This document shows, piece by piece, positions 36,315 through 48,948 of a DNA stretch of 64,000 nt. Position numbers and translations under genes: made by a program. Numbering within the stretch: position 1 is the stretch's first letter; every line of letters begins with the position of its first letter. This DNA comes from Dimorphilus gyrociliatus (lineage: Eukaryota; Animalia; Annelida). The stretch spans positions 3,550,408-3,614,407 of the forward strand of contig CAJFCJ010000006.1 of NCBI GenBank assembly GCA_904063045.1, in the 5' to 3' direction. Under the pieces are notes generated by a model. It was given only the letters and a program-made list of their open reading frames with translations, was not told the origin of the DNA and searched no databases.

Positions 36315-39300
36315 TAGACAGACAGACAGACAGAGAGAGAGAAAGAAAGAAAGCTAGTCGGAGACAGATAAAGAATGAGAGAAAAAAAAAGGAGAAGAGA
36401 GAGGCAAAATTATCTGCGTTTGACGGGAATAATTCGATATGAAAAAGAGACAGAAAGGAACGCAAACGTCATTACTATTGCTTTCTCGTTGCAGAGCAAA
36501 CTCTACAGACGGAAATCGTCTGTTTCTGCTGGCGCGTGAACGTTTTTTCCCTACTTTATATATTATTTACGAAGAGTCGCGACTAGAAAAGTTTACCCAC
36601 CTCAATTTCCGGTAATATAAATTAAATACAAGAAAAGAGATTGCAACAATAATCCCGAATGCAGATATTACGCAAACAGCTATAAATGTATCCTCGTCGA
36701 TTCTTTCCGCTTGAGTGATCACCATTTTCTTATCAACCGGAACCTATGTAAGTGATGTTTTATGTTACAAAATTAATGTTGGATAAGGGGAAAATGAGTT
36801 AAATTAAAATATTTAAGATGATAAAAGAGTGTTTTAAATTGTTGACTTATTTACTTTTCCGTTCTTCCAATAGATTTCCTTGCAAGACTTGCAATGTAAA
36901 TCCAGTCTGTTCTTCTCCGGATAAAACAAAGCTATGGTACGCATGTGGCTGTGTTGATTCTGCTCGAGAACGCTAATCCCCTGCCTATCCGGTCCGTGGA
37001 AGGAGACGGGTCCCTGGCGGAAATAAGAATATCCCGAACGTCTACAAAGCGTCATATTGGGTTGGGCAATTTTTCGCGCATGAACGCCTAACGCAACAGC
37101 TCCATTACGAGTTATTGAATTATAGGACAAGAAATTGGGTGGAAATATAGAATATATTAATAAGCTTACCGAGACTCCAGCAAATTCAAGATTAGCAAGA
37201 ATTTCTGATAATGATTTGAAGATATTGAAACCCTCTTCACCTTTATAATTAAACATATCCAATTTTGGTAAATGACGCTCCGATAACTGATATTTACGGA
37301 GAGCATAAGCTAACGTCCAAATAGCGTCAAAAGCGAGGGAAGCGTAGATCAAGCCAGACTGATTTGTTCGGGACGACAGGATTTCGTCGAATTTGTCGGG
37401 CGTTAAACCGGATATACTTTCGTATGTCGTTTGACCATCACGAAAAACCGATACGCTATCGACACTAATGTATCCATCAACCGCAACGGCAAGTTCCTCA
37501 TCGGTGCAGCTGGTACCCTTGGAACTGGTCCACCAATTTTCAGTATACCAACCATGTAAAATCCAAACATAACGCGGACTATACATCCTCAATTTGTAGG
37601 CTTCGCAAAACACCTGTCGGGCGGCATCTTCTTGGAAGGAACCAATAATTATCCTTGCGTCAGCTTCCTAGAAAATGAGAGTCACTCAATTAACTGTTGA
37701 ATAATGAAAAGTGTAGTAATGAAAACAATGTGACAATACCTTTAAAATATTCATTTTTACTCTAACATCGCTTCCTGTTCCTCGAAATGTCGTCGCCCTC
37801 TCGACTGTCATATTCGCTTTTTCTAACGCCCTCGACAAATCGTTGATTGCCTATATTAAGTTTTATAAAAACAAGCTTAAAATCTTTCAGACAGCCATCG
37901 AAACGTGAAAATCGGACGGAAGGCTTTGAAGTCGGCCGCGAATAGGGGCTTTTATGGTGAATTTGAAATGAGCTTTATCGGATTTTACAGGCAAACTTTT
38001 CCTTATTTGCTGTTCGCCGCCCCTTTATTTTATTCTTTTCACTTTTTTCCCGCCTTTTTTCTTTTTTAATTTGTTTTTGAATTGTTAAAAGAGAATCGAA
38101 TTTCGGGTTAGTGGGTGGCTTCATTCGAAATAGACTTTAAAACTACTCTTGCTAAACCACCAGCTGAGAAACATTCCAAACTCTACGTAAAAAGGTTTTA
38201 GGTTTAAAATACTAAATCAAGAAGAAAAAAGGAGGATGTGAAGGAAATAGCGTCGTTTTCTCGCCTGTATAATAGTATTAGACCGGGAGCGACAGCAAGG
38301 TCAAGCCGTTTATGCAAATGAGCCCGACCAATGGACTTATCATAAGAAGAGAACGATTGAGACAGATAAAACGGAACCAGTAAACTTACCAGTGAGTAAA
38401 GCTCCTGATCCTCGTGAATGGTTGCGAATGTATTCCAATTGAGAGATTTAAAAAATTGTATTCTAGCATCATTATGAGAAGAGTCGACTGTTGCAGTTCG
38501 GAAAAAAGTTGGATATTTTTCACGATCGCTTAAAGCTGGTGAAATGGCACCGTAAGAAATCTGCAAAAGGTTAAGTTTTTCTTGACATTTTGTATCTACA
38601 GCAATTTGAATTAAACTAAATATTTATGCATTATTTGAGTTTTTATAATAAAAAGTTATAAGTACAAATAAAAGGTTCCAATAAGGAACAATTTCGGCTA
38701 GAGTTTTGGCAACTTCAGAGCATTTGGTTCCAACTAGGAACATCAATTTTGGTTTTCTATATATAAAATCGTAGAATGCATCTGCTCCTCTTCCAGCGTC
38801 GCACTGTCAATAAAAGAAAATTGTCTTATAAATATAAGCATAAGAATAGAAGTAGATTATAGTTAAAATAGAACATTTTTTTGGAACGCCCTTTACACAC
38901 CACATGTGGCTGGATAACAAACGTCCGCAAATAAAATGGCACGTGCCGTAAACATTTAATATTCTAACCGATGTATAAATTCTTATTAAAAATAACTTAA
39001 TAAAGATAATTTTCTTCTTAAATTGGAAACAAGGAAGGAAAGAAAAAAAAAGTAGCATTCTCCAAAAGAAATCAGAGCCTATCAGGAAAAGGAGAAGAAA
39101 AGTCGGGAATGAAAGAAATGCGGATTAAAAAAATAACGGAAGAGAAAAAGAAACATCAAAGGCTCTCATAATTAGAAATCTAAGTTTATCAATATATCCA
39201 TATGATTATTGATTTATTAAAAAAAAATGAAATGAATAACAATAGTCTAAGCCTTTTTATTTCTTTCTAATACACCTCTCCTCTCCTATCTATCTATCTC

Positions 39301-39724
39301 TCTCTCACTCTCTCTCTCTCTCTCTCTCGCTCTCTAGCTCTCTCTTTCTTTCTTACTTATTCGCTCACTTACTCTATATCTTTATCTATTTTTCTCTTTC
39401 CTCTCTCCTTTTATCTTTATTACTACCTTTTTCTCTTTGGTTATTTACCTTTGTATCATTTGCGAAGAGGGATAATCGAACGCCAGGTATGAAACCTTTT
39501 TTGTTGACCTGCTGTATGGCTAAACCAGCGGCTACAAATTCTGGCCTTATAGTAGAATTTTCTAATTCAAACAATCCAGCAATATTAACTTCTAAAATTC
39601 CGTTTATAGTTGTATTGACGCCGTTGGCTGATGTACACCACGGTGACTTTCTTCTGCTTGTTAGTTCGAAGATGATGAGGAACAGGACGTATTGACTCCT
39701 GATTAATAATCCATTTACAAACAT
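33236..39724 (-). CDS. Metabotropic GABA-B receptor subunit, R3-type (class C GPCR)
   Basis: Venus flytrap exons (IAGLFEL, CDAGRGADAFYD, QISYGAISPALSDREKYPTFFRT, FCEAYK...YVWILHGWY), 7TM (YIKLSSPKLND, AWETRRVKIPALNDS), and tail NPVIAS...NTRRFMVDDKQEVYYRAQVQNRVYKRQL..LDQEIARLEQLL, which matches the tail I recall for Drosophila GABA-B-R3. Confidence 0.9.
36266..36353. repeat. Compound (GA)n/(GACA)n/(GAAA)n microsatellite in a GABA-B intron
   Basis: Seen directly. It generates the spurious SLSLSL ORF 36205-36465. Confidence 0.95.
39290..39350. repeat. (CT)n-rich microsatellite
   Basis: Seen directly. Similar (CT)/(GA) tracts occur near 7563, 10620, 16625, 19620 and 34335. Confidence 0.9.
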
Positions 39725-40230
39725 TTCCTTTGGATTTGTCTTAGTAAAATATAAATCATAGACGTATAAAAGAAGCTTTATTGAATGTAGACAAAAAAAA
39801 ATTCCTAGCCGTCTAGAGAACGTTCGAAGCGAATATGGGAGAATTCGAGAGCGGAGCTACGGCGGCTATAGAAGCGCCGCTGCCTGGAAAAAAAGAAAGA
39901 CACGGAGTTGAGCAGAGGAGGGGGGGAGAGAGACTCTGCCAACTTATTTGGCATAATTATCATGAGCGACAGGGAAATTAGTTATATTAAGCCGAACGAT
40001 CCACACTTAAGACAGTCAAATGGAAATGAAGCCAGTGTATTCTACAATACCACCTGCGACCTCTCTATTTGTTTTAAATGAACAATTTTTTTATTAAAAA
40101 AAAAATATACATTAGGCTTAAAAGTTCCGCCCTGCTTATAATATAATGTTTATACCGCCCCGCTCACCTTCCCCCCCCCACTCCCTAACCTTCATTCTTA
40201 AATATTAAAACATTTTCTCAACGGTATTCC

Positions 40231-40262
40231 CCTCCTCCTCCTCCTCCTCCTCCTCCTCCTCT
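40231..40262. repeat. (CCT)n microsatellite
   Basis: Seen directly, upstream of the GABA-B gene. Confidence 0.95.
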
Positions 40263-40806
40263 AACCGCCCCCTAATCCAAACCCTCTAGTTCCATTTTTT
40301 CGCTTCTCATACCCTTTTCTTCTTATCCTTCAGAATATTTATTTGTTTTGTCTGTCTTTGACGATTTATTATTTCTTTTTAAACATAAAAAGAAGTAGAT
40401 ATTGACGAAGAGAATGATATTCTAGTTGATAAAAAACGATGACTAGTCGTATTCAAACGATATGCCAAAATCAAATTCTACTGTCTATTATATATATTAT
40501 ACGTATTAATCACCATGAAAGGGTTTAGATAAAGGTTTGACACTTTCTATATGAAATATTAATGAATAAATGCCGATAAACCCGTTTAACTGCATAACAA
40601 TGACAATTAATACTTGAGTCTATTAGTTGAAAATATTTCCTTAATGACTTGCGCCATCTAACGTTTCCCGTTTTTAAAGCATTAAAAAAGAATTAATAAA
40701 GGAAATGAGATAGTTTGTATTCGAAGTAGTTTTCCCTGAAACTTAATTGCAAGAAATATCTGTAGAACAATTGTCTTTTAAACTTGTTCACATTTCCACA
40801 TTTCCA

Positions 40807-43167
40807 TCATGGTTCTTTTTTCGTATTTTCAGCAGGCACCATTGGTAGTAAATCACCACTCCTACCATTTCGAACGCAATGATAAAGAGTTCTACAGAAA
40901 AAGGGATTATTATATTTACCGTATAAGCTTTTAGACTCTCTATATGTTCTTTTTACTCACTTTCCGTGTTTAGCTTTAGTAATAACGGCAGTTTGCAATT
41001 CGCCACTTGCTGTACACATGTGGCAAACAGCCTGTCTTGGTGGATTCTTTACACTATCCATTAATCGTGGCCACTCGACGTCTTCCGGCCGTCGTTTTCC
41101 TTTTTTCATAATTAAATAACAAAATTTTTTGTTCTCAACTGGCGTTTCCTGGGAATAAATATAATAGTACAGTTTTTTCTTTTAAAGGCAATTAATAATA
41201 ATAAAAAAAAAATAGAGCTGTAACGGTTAAGTAACTCTTACAAGTTGCTTTCTATAAGAAATAGAGAAAGGGCATAAAGGTTTCGCGTAATGTTTCATTC
41301 TAGGGCAACCTAGGTCGTGTGGGCACTGGAAATGAAAATAATAACAACATTATTGTTTTTGTTATTGTTCATTCTTATACATATAAAATAAATAAAACTT
41401 ACAGGAGAATATACGTAACCCCCTTGATCTTGGTCGATTTTTGACATCTGAAGTGTAATAAAATGAATAAATACAGATGATTAAATAAATCCATACAACT
41501 GTTTTTGTATATGTTTAATATGCGTGTGGATATTCTGGGTATTTTTTATATTAGTATATTTATTTTCTAATATAGATATTATAGAAAAGAATAATCTAGA
41601 TAATACAAACATTAAGTATAAAATCTCTTGCTTCATTTATTACTTTGAATCCATTAAGATTTCCATTTTCGACTAGAACAAGATATTCATCGGTTAATTT
41701 CCACAATTGATTTAAAGTGCTTAAACGTTCTTCCCTGCTTGTGAGATGTAGTAGGGAAAACGAAGACACGCATATATCAAAGCCACCTTTGACATCTTTA
41801 GGCATATATGATTTAAAATTAACATTTTTAAAGCATCTTTCTTTCGCCTCATTTCCATCTGAAAATCATTTTAAATTAATAGAATGTCAATAAAAGGTGT
41901 TAATATAATGGAATTTTTCAACCATTCCATATTTTCCATACCACGTAATAATAAATCTGCTAGCTCTATCATAGAACTGCTCTTTTCCACGCAAAAATGC
42001 TCGAATATAGATTTTGGCCACATATCATTACAGGCCCTGGAACGTAATATATGTCGTTGAGTAATAGATTAGTAAACTAAAAGATTAATTTACCACATAA
42101 CAGATCCAACGCCCGATCCAAAATCAAAAAGCGTTTGAGGTCGAAAGTTCTCATCTCTCTTCTTCATCTCAAAAAATATCCTCGATAAGCATGAATATTC
42201 GAAGTGCAAACGAGATTTTGCGTAAGCTAGAGCCTTTGCAAGGGTATATCTAAGGAAAGTTATTTAAGAATTCTTCATCTTTATATTCGTTATTTTGTCG
42301 TAAAAATGTTGAAAATTACTCGATTTCTTTCCATCTATAAGAACGTTTTCTGGCAATATTCATTATTTTATTTCTCATATAATGCAAATGCTTCTCTCTT
42401 TTCCTATCATCTAAAGATTGTAAATGTTCCGGAGACATTTTCTCTATATATATATAATATAGATTAAAAAAGAAAGACAATTTTATTAATCTAATTAGAT
42501 AATTTAATTATTTAATATTTAAACAGTCAAAATCTAGAAAAACCTTGTTCCATTACTTCATTTTCTATTTCTTGCAATATTTCAAGTATTTCATCCTTTT
42601 CTAATGGGACTTTTCTACTCGAAATTAAATTGTTCATATCTTTAGACAGTTTGTCAATATCAGCATTGCCAAAGCCTATAAATAGAATAATTTTTTGAGA
42701 CACTCAGCCTATGCAATTTATTGTCCTTATGGGAAATATTTAATACAATTAAAGAATTCGTAGAGCACGTTTTGTTCGAATTATACGTATTGTACGAAAT
42801 TCTAAATAAAAGAGAATATGGTACTATTTTAAGTAAATATACAAACTTTCTATGACAGTCTCTAAGGAGTATCTTAAAGATTTTGGTAGAGCTTTGGGTT
42901 GAGAAAAATAAGATCCCGTGTGCCTCCTTGCATTCATTTCTTCTTTTATAATTTGCTCTTTGATTTCTTCATCAATAGTCCAAGCATGATTAGTAGTAAA
43001 TGGCGATATTTCCTATTAACCAAGATCATAAACACACGAAAATTGAAATGATATGTTACCTTAAATTGATTCTGACTATTTCCAAATAGTCTTCTTGATA
43101 ATAATAGAATATTAGATTTGTTTTTGGTAAATGTAAATCGGCGAAATATCGCAATGGGGGCTGCCAT
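40807..43167 (-). CDS. METTL17: METTL17/Rsm22 mitoribosome small-subunit assembly factor
   Basis: Multi-exon. Presequence MAAPIAIFRRFTF..., FRPQTLFDFGSGVGS, LVLVENGNLNGFKVINEARDFIL, YSPCPHDLGCP, KFCYLIMKKG, WPRL, CHMCTASG, LYHCVRNGRSGDLLP; stop at 40807-40809. Confidence 0.92.
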
Positions 43168-43577
43168 ATTACTTTAGACTGGTGTTTCTTTTGCTGCTAA
43201 CCAAAACTTTTTTCTACTTAATACTTCTTAAAAGATAATTAAGATAACCTGTTAAAAACCTATTAAAAACAACTTAAAAGTGTCTGATATTCATTTTTTT
43301 ATAATGGTAAAGGTTTACTTATATATTTTTATTTTTTATTAGTTTTTTTTAGTATTAGCGGTACGTATTACCACAAGTGTGGATTCTATGTTGTTGATTC
43401 TATGTATTTATTTACTATGGTAAACTTTTAGAGTGAAATAAACTCTTAGGGGAACTTTTATCAGTGTTACTTAGTCGATATATTTCGATTTTAGCAGATC
43501 GAAATAGTCAATCGATTTGTAACTCTTCAATATCGTTCATCTATCTGTATTATCGTTCTTGTGCACGTTTTTGCACG

Positions 43578-45242
43578 ATGGCTGAATTTGTTCAACAATC
43601 CATGGAGCAAATGCTCCCAGAGATACAACAACTTCGCAGAATCGGACTAATGAGTAAAGAGGAGACGAATACATTGATTCGACGACGAAAGCAATACGAA
43701 TACAAATTAAGACGGAGAACCAGAGAGAAACGAGATTACATCAAATACATCAAATACGAGATGAACGTATTAGATTTAATAAAGAAAAGACGAAAAAAAA
43801 TAGGATATAATCATAAATTGTTGGAAATTGATATTCAAATTGTTAAAAGAATTCACAAGTTATTTCGATTGGCCGAAGCAAGATTCCAAGATGACGTTAA
43901 ATTGTGGCTCTCTCATATTGATTTTGCCAAAACACGTAAAGAGAAGACAATAACTGGAAAAATATATGCTCGAGCATTGCAGACTCACAGCAGAAATTCC
44001 AGTTTATGGATTGGAGCAGCAAGGTATCAATTTTATACTGTAGAAAATATGGATTTGGGGAGAACCTTATTTCAAAAAGGTCTCCATATCAATCAAGAAT
44101 CAGAAGAGTTATGGTTTGAATACTTCAAATCAGAAATGTGTTTTACAGAGAAAATGATGGAACGTGCCGAAAAGTTAGAAAAGATCAGTAGATCTACACA
44201 AAATTCAAATGATGCTATTTTGAACGCCAAGCTTCCTATACTTGTCTATAACAAAATGATTGAAGCTCTCCCTAATTCAATGACAATACTTTTTAAAATT
44301 GCCAGTTATTGCTCATCTTACAAGTGGGGAAATCGTGTTGAAAGTCATATTTTAGAAAATATCAAAGAACGCTTTCCTAAAAATCCTTTGATCTTTTCTC
44401 TTCTTGCAGAAAATAGCTCTTCGCTAAATGAATCTATAGAACACCTTAAAAAAGGTTTACGCGAATCAGATGACATGAAAAAGATGTGTTCGATTTATGC
44501 TGCTTTTTGCTTAAAAAGTGCTACAGAAGAAAATGTTGAAGAATTACTTGGAGAAGTTTTCAATTACGTCGAATTTCTTGACGAAGAAAGTCTATGCAAA
44601 TGCATAATTTGCATGAAGAATATGAAGGGAAATGAAAAAGCAATCGAATTAACGAGTCTCGCATTAAGAACCCACAAAAATTCTACGGCTTTATGGTCAT
44701 CAAAGATTATGCTCTCTCCTCACCAAGAGACAAGAAATATAATAAAGAAGGCTACTAATGAAATCTCCCCTTCGGATATTTGGACAGTTTTTGAAACAGC
44801 TTTGGAATTTGTTACAGATAGTGAAGCGAGCAACGAGGTTTATTCATACGTTACAGATTTCGTGTCATCTTCGATCTCAAATGCTTCTTTGAAATTAAAC
44901 TTCTTCCAATGGGTCGTAGACAATTCTAGAGAAGTTGATCAAGCTTATCAAAGACTAATAAAGTACTATCCAAAACCATCGGGAATTTATTCACTGATGA
45001 TTCAGCAACTAAACGAGCCGGATGTTCAACGAAAAAAGGTGGCGGAAGAGTGGATACGTGAGCATCCAAAAACAATTGATTCGTGGATTACCGCTTTAGA
45101 AATATTTCAATTGGATCTCGTTAAGAAAGGTACAATTTTCCAAAGAGCTTTACAGAGTCTCTCACCAGCCGATAGTCAAGAACTAAGGCAGCGACTTACT
45201 ATTCAAAAGCAATTTTCAAATGTAACTACACAATATAATTAA
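43578..45242 (+). CDS. UTP6: U3 snoRNA-associated protein 6 (SSU processome, HAT repeats), intronless CDS
   Basis: MAEFVQQSMEQMLPEIQQLRRIGLMSKEE...RRKQYEYKLRRR..KRDYIKYIKYE is the UTP6 N-terminal signature, followed by HAT repeats (DVKLWLSHIDF, SLWIGAARYQF). ATG at 43578. Confidence 0.92.
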   Translation: MAEFVQQSMEQMLPEIQQLRRIGLMSKEETNTLIRRRKQYEYKLRRRTREKRDYIKYIKYEMNVLDLIKKRRKKIGYNHKLLEIDIQIVKRIHKLFRLAEARFQDDVKLWLSHIDFAKTRKEKTITGKIYARALQTHSRNSSLWIGAARYQFYTVENMDLGRTLFQKGLHINQESEELWFEYFKSEMCFTEKMMERAEKLEKISRSTQNSNDAILNAKLPILVYNKMIEALPNSMTILFKIASYCSSYKWGNRVESHILENIKERFPKNPLIFSLLAENSSSLNESIEHLKKGLRESDDMKKMCSIYAAFCLKSATEENVEELLGEVFNYVEFLDEESLCKCIICMKNMKGNEKAIELTSLALRTHKNSTALWSSKIMLSPHQETRNIIKKATNEISPSDIWTVFETALEFVTDSEASNEVYSYVTDFVSSSISNASLKLNFFQWVVDNSREVDQAYQRLIKYYPKPSGIYSLMIQQLNEPDVQRKKVAEEWIREHPKTIDSWITALEIFQLDLVKKGTIFQRALQSLSPADSQELRQRLTIQKQFSNVTTQYN

Positions 45243-46157
45243 ATTCAAATAAACTACTATTTTCTAAATTTGGCCCTTCTTTCTAACACTTTCCATTAAT
45301 TTAACCTTGTCTATTGAAATTGAACGAATTTAGGTACATTCCAGTATGAAAAGGAATTTAATTCACCATTGTTACAACCCAATTTTTTCCAAATTGTATT
45401 ACTTTTATTGTTATAGTTGTTACATTTTACAATCATTTCTAAAATAGAAACATACTGCACCAAATAACTTTTAGGAAGACAATTTATAAAATTAAGCAAC
45501 TGTTAAATCTTAAGTAATTATGGCAATTTGTTTAATTTAAAGCGTTTTCAATGTAGATAAAGAGTAAATTTAAATTAAACACCTTCAAATAATTTGCTAG
45601 AAAAGGTTACATATCTTTTAGCATTAATTATTTTTCAATTATATAATAGAAATGAACTTGTAAACTAATTTCGCACCAATAGAAAATTGTAGATTATTAA
45701 CAGATATAAAAAGTTTTTATGAGCGATATTACAAAAATTCTTAAGGTATTCGATTTATTTCTATTTAATTTATAATACTTAAAGGGATGAATGCTAAATT
45801 TGCTAGATTTTTCAAATTAGGCTTTCTAAAGTATCAGTTACAATAGAACTTTATATCGTTTTTAACTTAAATGAGATGTAAATGAATATTAGCATAGATT
45901 GTATAAATAGGTATACCTGTTTAAATTCTTATATTGAGAATAAATTACTTTTTAGTTTGTTCCTTATTTTTTAAAAAATTAGTTTTAATAACGAAATAAA
46001 AAATTTATCAGAATAATTAAATAACGAAAATATAATTAGTGACCTTGACATTCAACTTTTAAAAGTTGTCTAGTGGGTGTACTCGTTATCTGAGAAATTT
46101 GTTTTGCTAACTGAAATCAATATATTCCAGATTTCAGAGTTGTTACATTTATTAACA

Positions 46158-48695
46158 ATGGAGTCCGTTTTTCGGAGTGCTGATATGACACTCTGTCAAC
46201 TTTATATGCCGAGTGAATCAGCTTATGAAATAACATCGCAATTGGGTGAATTAGGTATCGTAGAATTCGTCGACTTAAATAGCGATACAACTAGCTTTAA
46301 CAAATATTTCGTTAACGAAATAAAACGTTGTAATGAGCTAGAACGTCAATTGGCATTTTTTGAGAAGGAAATTAGAAAAGAAAACATATCTTACATCGAA
46401 TCAACTGACTATCCTGCACCTTTGCCAAGAGAGCTAATAGACTTCGAGGCAACATTCTCCAAGATTGAAACAGAATTGAACGAAATCAATACAAACTTGA
46501 CAGCCTTGAATAGAGATTGTGCAAAGCTATTTGAACTTAAAACTGTTCTTGTAAACGCCGACAAAATGTTTGATAATTCAGACTACCGAGGCTTTGATAG
46601 AACGCCTATTCTACCCGAAATGGAATTATCTGATTTTAGTCATCACGTTCAGAGTCAATTAGTCATAATTACCGGAACTCTAACAAGGGAGAAAATTTCT
46701 ACATTCTCCCGCCTTTTGTGGTATATGAGTAGGGGTAATATGTTTATTAGATATACAGATTTAGTTTATGAAAATGAACAATACGATGAACCGAAATCGT
46801 TATTTACACTATTCTTACAAGGTCCTCGATTAGAGAAGCTAGCAAAGAAAGTCTGCGAGGGCTTTAAAGCTGATTTATACCCATGTCCTGAAACTTTAGA
46901 GGAAAGGCTTGAAATGATGAGCTCCGTTGAATCGCGTTTGTCCGAAATGGACATAGTTATCACAAAATCAAAGGAACAACGTCATAGAGTATTAATTGCG
47001 ATAGGAGAAAATCTTTGTTCTTGGAAAATTAAATTAAGAAAGGTAAAATCAATATTCTTCCACATGAACATGTTCAAAATAGAGAGAAATTACATCGCCC
47101 ATTGCTGGGTGCCATCTGCTCTAATAGCCACAGTACAGGGTGTTCTGGAAAAAGCTGGTCAAAACGTTGGCTCGTCAACTCCTTCAATACTTCACAAATT
47201 ACCTACTGTCAATCCGCCAACTCACGTTCAGACAAACAAATTTACTGCTGCCTATCAGAAAGTGATAGATGCCTATGGAGTTGGCACTTATAAAGAGATT
47301 AACCCAATGCCTTATACGTTAATCACTTTCCCATTCTTGTTCGCTGTTATGTTTGGGGATGCTGGTCATGGTTTGATAATGTTCCTTTTTGCCTTTATTG
47401 TTGTTTTCTTCGAAAAGCGTCTTATGGAAGTTGGTAAAAATCAAGAAATTTGGCAAATATTCTTTTCTGGAAGATATATGATTTTAATGATGGGATTATT
47501 TTCAATCTATACTGGCTTTTTATATAACGACTACTTTTCAAAAAGTATTAATATTTTTGGGTCATCTTGGAGGGTTATTTATGATAATAAAACAATATTC
47601 GACAAGAATGGTCCCAGTATAAGGATGTTAGATCCGAATTCTACTTCATTTTTAGGCGAAGCTTATCCCGTTGGTATAGATCCAGTTTGGCAAATGTCAA
47701 AAAATAAGATAAGTTTCTCTAATTCTCTTAAAAAGAAAATGTCTGTGGTTCTGGGTGTTATTCACATGTTATTTGGGGTAGTTTTAAGTTTCTTTAATTA
47801 TAAACACAAAAAGAGATATTTGGATATATTTTGTGTATTTATACCGGAAATAATATTTATGGTTTCAATGTTTGGCTATCTTGTTATGATAATATTTGTA
47901 AAATGGGTAAAATTTGGACCAACAGATCCGAATTGTGCTCCGAGCTTGTTGATTGGTTTAATTAATATGTTTATGATGAAATATCCTAAAGTTGGTGATC
48001 ACACTGTTGATTGTAGTTTATGGTCTTGGTATAAAGGCCAACAAGCTCTTCAGACACTTTTAGTTGTTTTGATTGTTATTTGTATACCTTGGATGTTATT
48101 GACCAAACCTTTTATTTTATACTATAGGAACAGAGCTAATACTAATGTTAATAATAATCAAATTGTCAGAAAACCATCAAAACGAGAAGATAAAAATAGA
48201 TTAATCGACGATGTAGAAAATCCAGCTGAAGTTGACGTTCAAATTTTAGACTCACATTCACTATCTTCGGATGTGCCCTTGGAAGAATTTGAACAGCAAG
48301 ACATACCTAAAGAGGAATTCGAAATGGGAGACGTCCTTATTCGGCAAGCTATACACACTATTGAATATTGTCTGGGATGCGTCTCAAATACCGCCAGCTA
48401 TCTTCGTCTTTGGGCTTTATCATTAGCTCATGCCCAATTATCAGAAGTCTTATGGAGTATGGTGCTAAAAATAGGCTTTTCTTGGTCTAGTTATGCGGCT
48501 GTTTTTATACTAGTCCCCATATTTGCTGCTTGGGCCATGCTCACCCTAGGTATTCTAATCCTAATGGAAGGGTTATCTGCTTTCTTGCACGCATTGAGAT
48601 TGCACTGGATAGAATTTCAGACTAAATTTTACAAAGGCGAAGGATGGAAATTTGAACCCTTTTCTTTCAAACAAACCAATAGAGAAGGCTATTAG
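46158..48695 (+). CDS. ATP6V0A1: V-type proton ATPase V0 subunit a, intronless CDS
   Basis: MESVFRSADMTLCQLY, FVNEIKRCNELER, PPTHVQTNKFT, FPFLFAVMFGDAGHG, GRYMILMMGLFSIYTGFLYND, NTASYLRLWALSLAH (essential Arg), LHALRLHWIEFQTKFY. The symbol is used for the family; the a-isoform is not resolved. Confidence 0.95.
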   Translation: MESVFRSADMTLCQLYMPSESAYEITSQLGELGIVEFVDLNSDTTSFNKYFVNEIKRCNELERQLAFFEKEIRKENISYIESTDYPAPLPRELIDFEATFSKIETELNEINTNLTALNRDCAKLFELKTVLVNADKMFDNSDYRGFDRTPILPEMELSDFSHHVQSQLVIITGTLTREKISTFSRLLWYMSRGNMFIRYTDLVYENEQYDEPKSLFTLFLQGPRLEKLAKKVCEGFKADLYPCPETLEERLEMMSSVESRLSEMDIVITKSKEQRHRVLIAIGENLCSWKIKLRKVKSIFFHMNMFKIERNYIAHCWVPSALIATVQGVLEKAGQNVGSSTPSILHKLPTVNPPTHVQTNKFTAAYQKVIDAYGVGTYKEINPMPYTLITFPFLFAVMFGDAGHGLIMFLFAFIVVFFEKRLMEVGKNQEIWQIFFSGRYMILMMGLFSIYTGFLYNDYFSKSINIFGSSWRVIYDNKTIFDKNGPSIRMLDPNSTSFLGEAYPVGIDPVWQMSKNKISFSNSLKKKMSVVLGVIHMLFGVVLSFFNYKHKKRYLDIFCVFIPEIIFMVSMFGYLVMIIFVKWVKFGPTDPNCAPSLLIGLINMFMMKYPKVGDHTVDCSLWSWYKGQQALQTLLVVLIVICIPWMLLTKPFILYYRNRANTNVNNNQIVRKPSKREDKNRLIDDVENPAEVDVQILDSHSLSSDVPLEEFEQQDIPKEEFEMGDVLIRQAIHTIEYCLGCVSNTASYLRLWALSLAHAQLSEVLWSMVLKIGFSWSSYAAVFILVPIFAAWAMLTLGILILMEGLSAFLHALRLHWIEFQTKFYKGEGWKFEPFSFKQTNREGY

Positions 48696-48948
48696 AAAGA
48701 ATATTCTAATAAAAAACAATTACACAATCATCTATCAATACAATGTAATTATTTTTTTTCTGGTAATAAGTTATCACATCAACTACTCTTATTGTCTGCT
48801 CTTTGTTTATAATTATGACGTGTCAGAGTAGTATATTTTATGTAAAAACTACAAAATAATCTGCATGGAGTGGATAGGCTGAAAATTTCAAAAAAATAAA
48901 CAAAATATATACAAGTCTGTATGCAGTATAGTAACTATTAATATTAAA

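Noticed and set aside
36205-36465. Hydrophobic/SLSLSL ORFs (also 10589-10780, 13796-14029, 23215-23421, 35081-35425)
   Set aside because: Produced by microsatellites or T-rich intronic/intergenic sequence; no domain motifs.
46040-46048. TGACCTTGA (ERR/FTZ-F1-type site) upstream of the V-ATPase gene
   Set aside because: A single 9-mer with no corroboration; plausible by chance.
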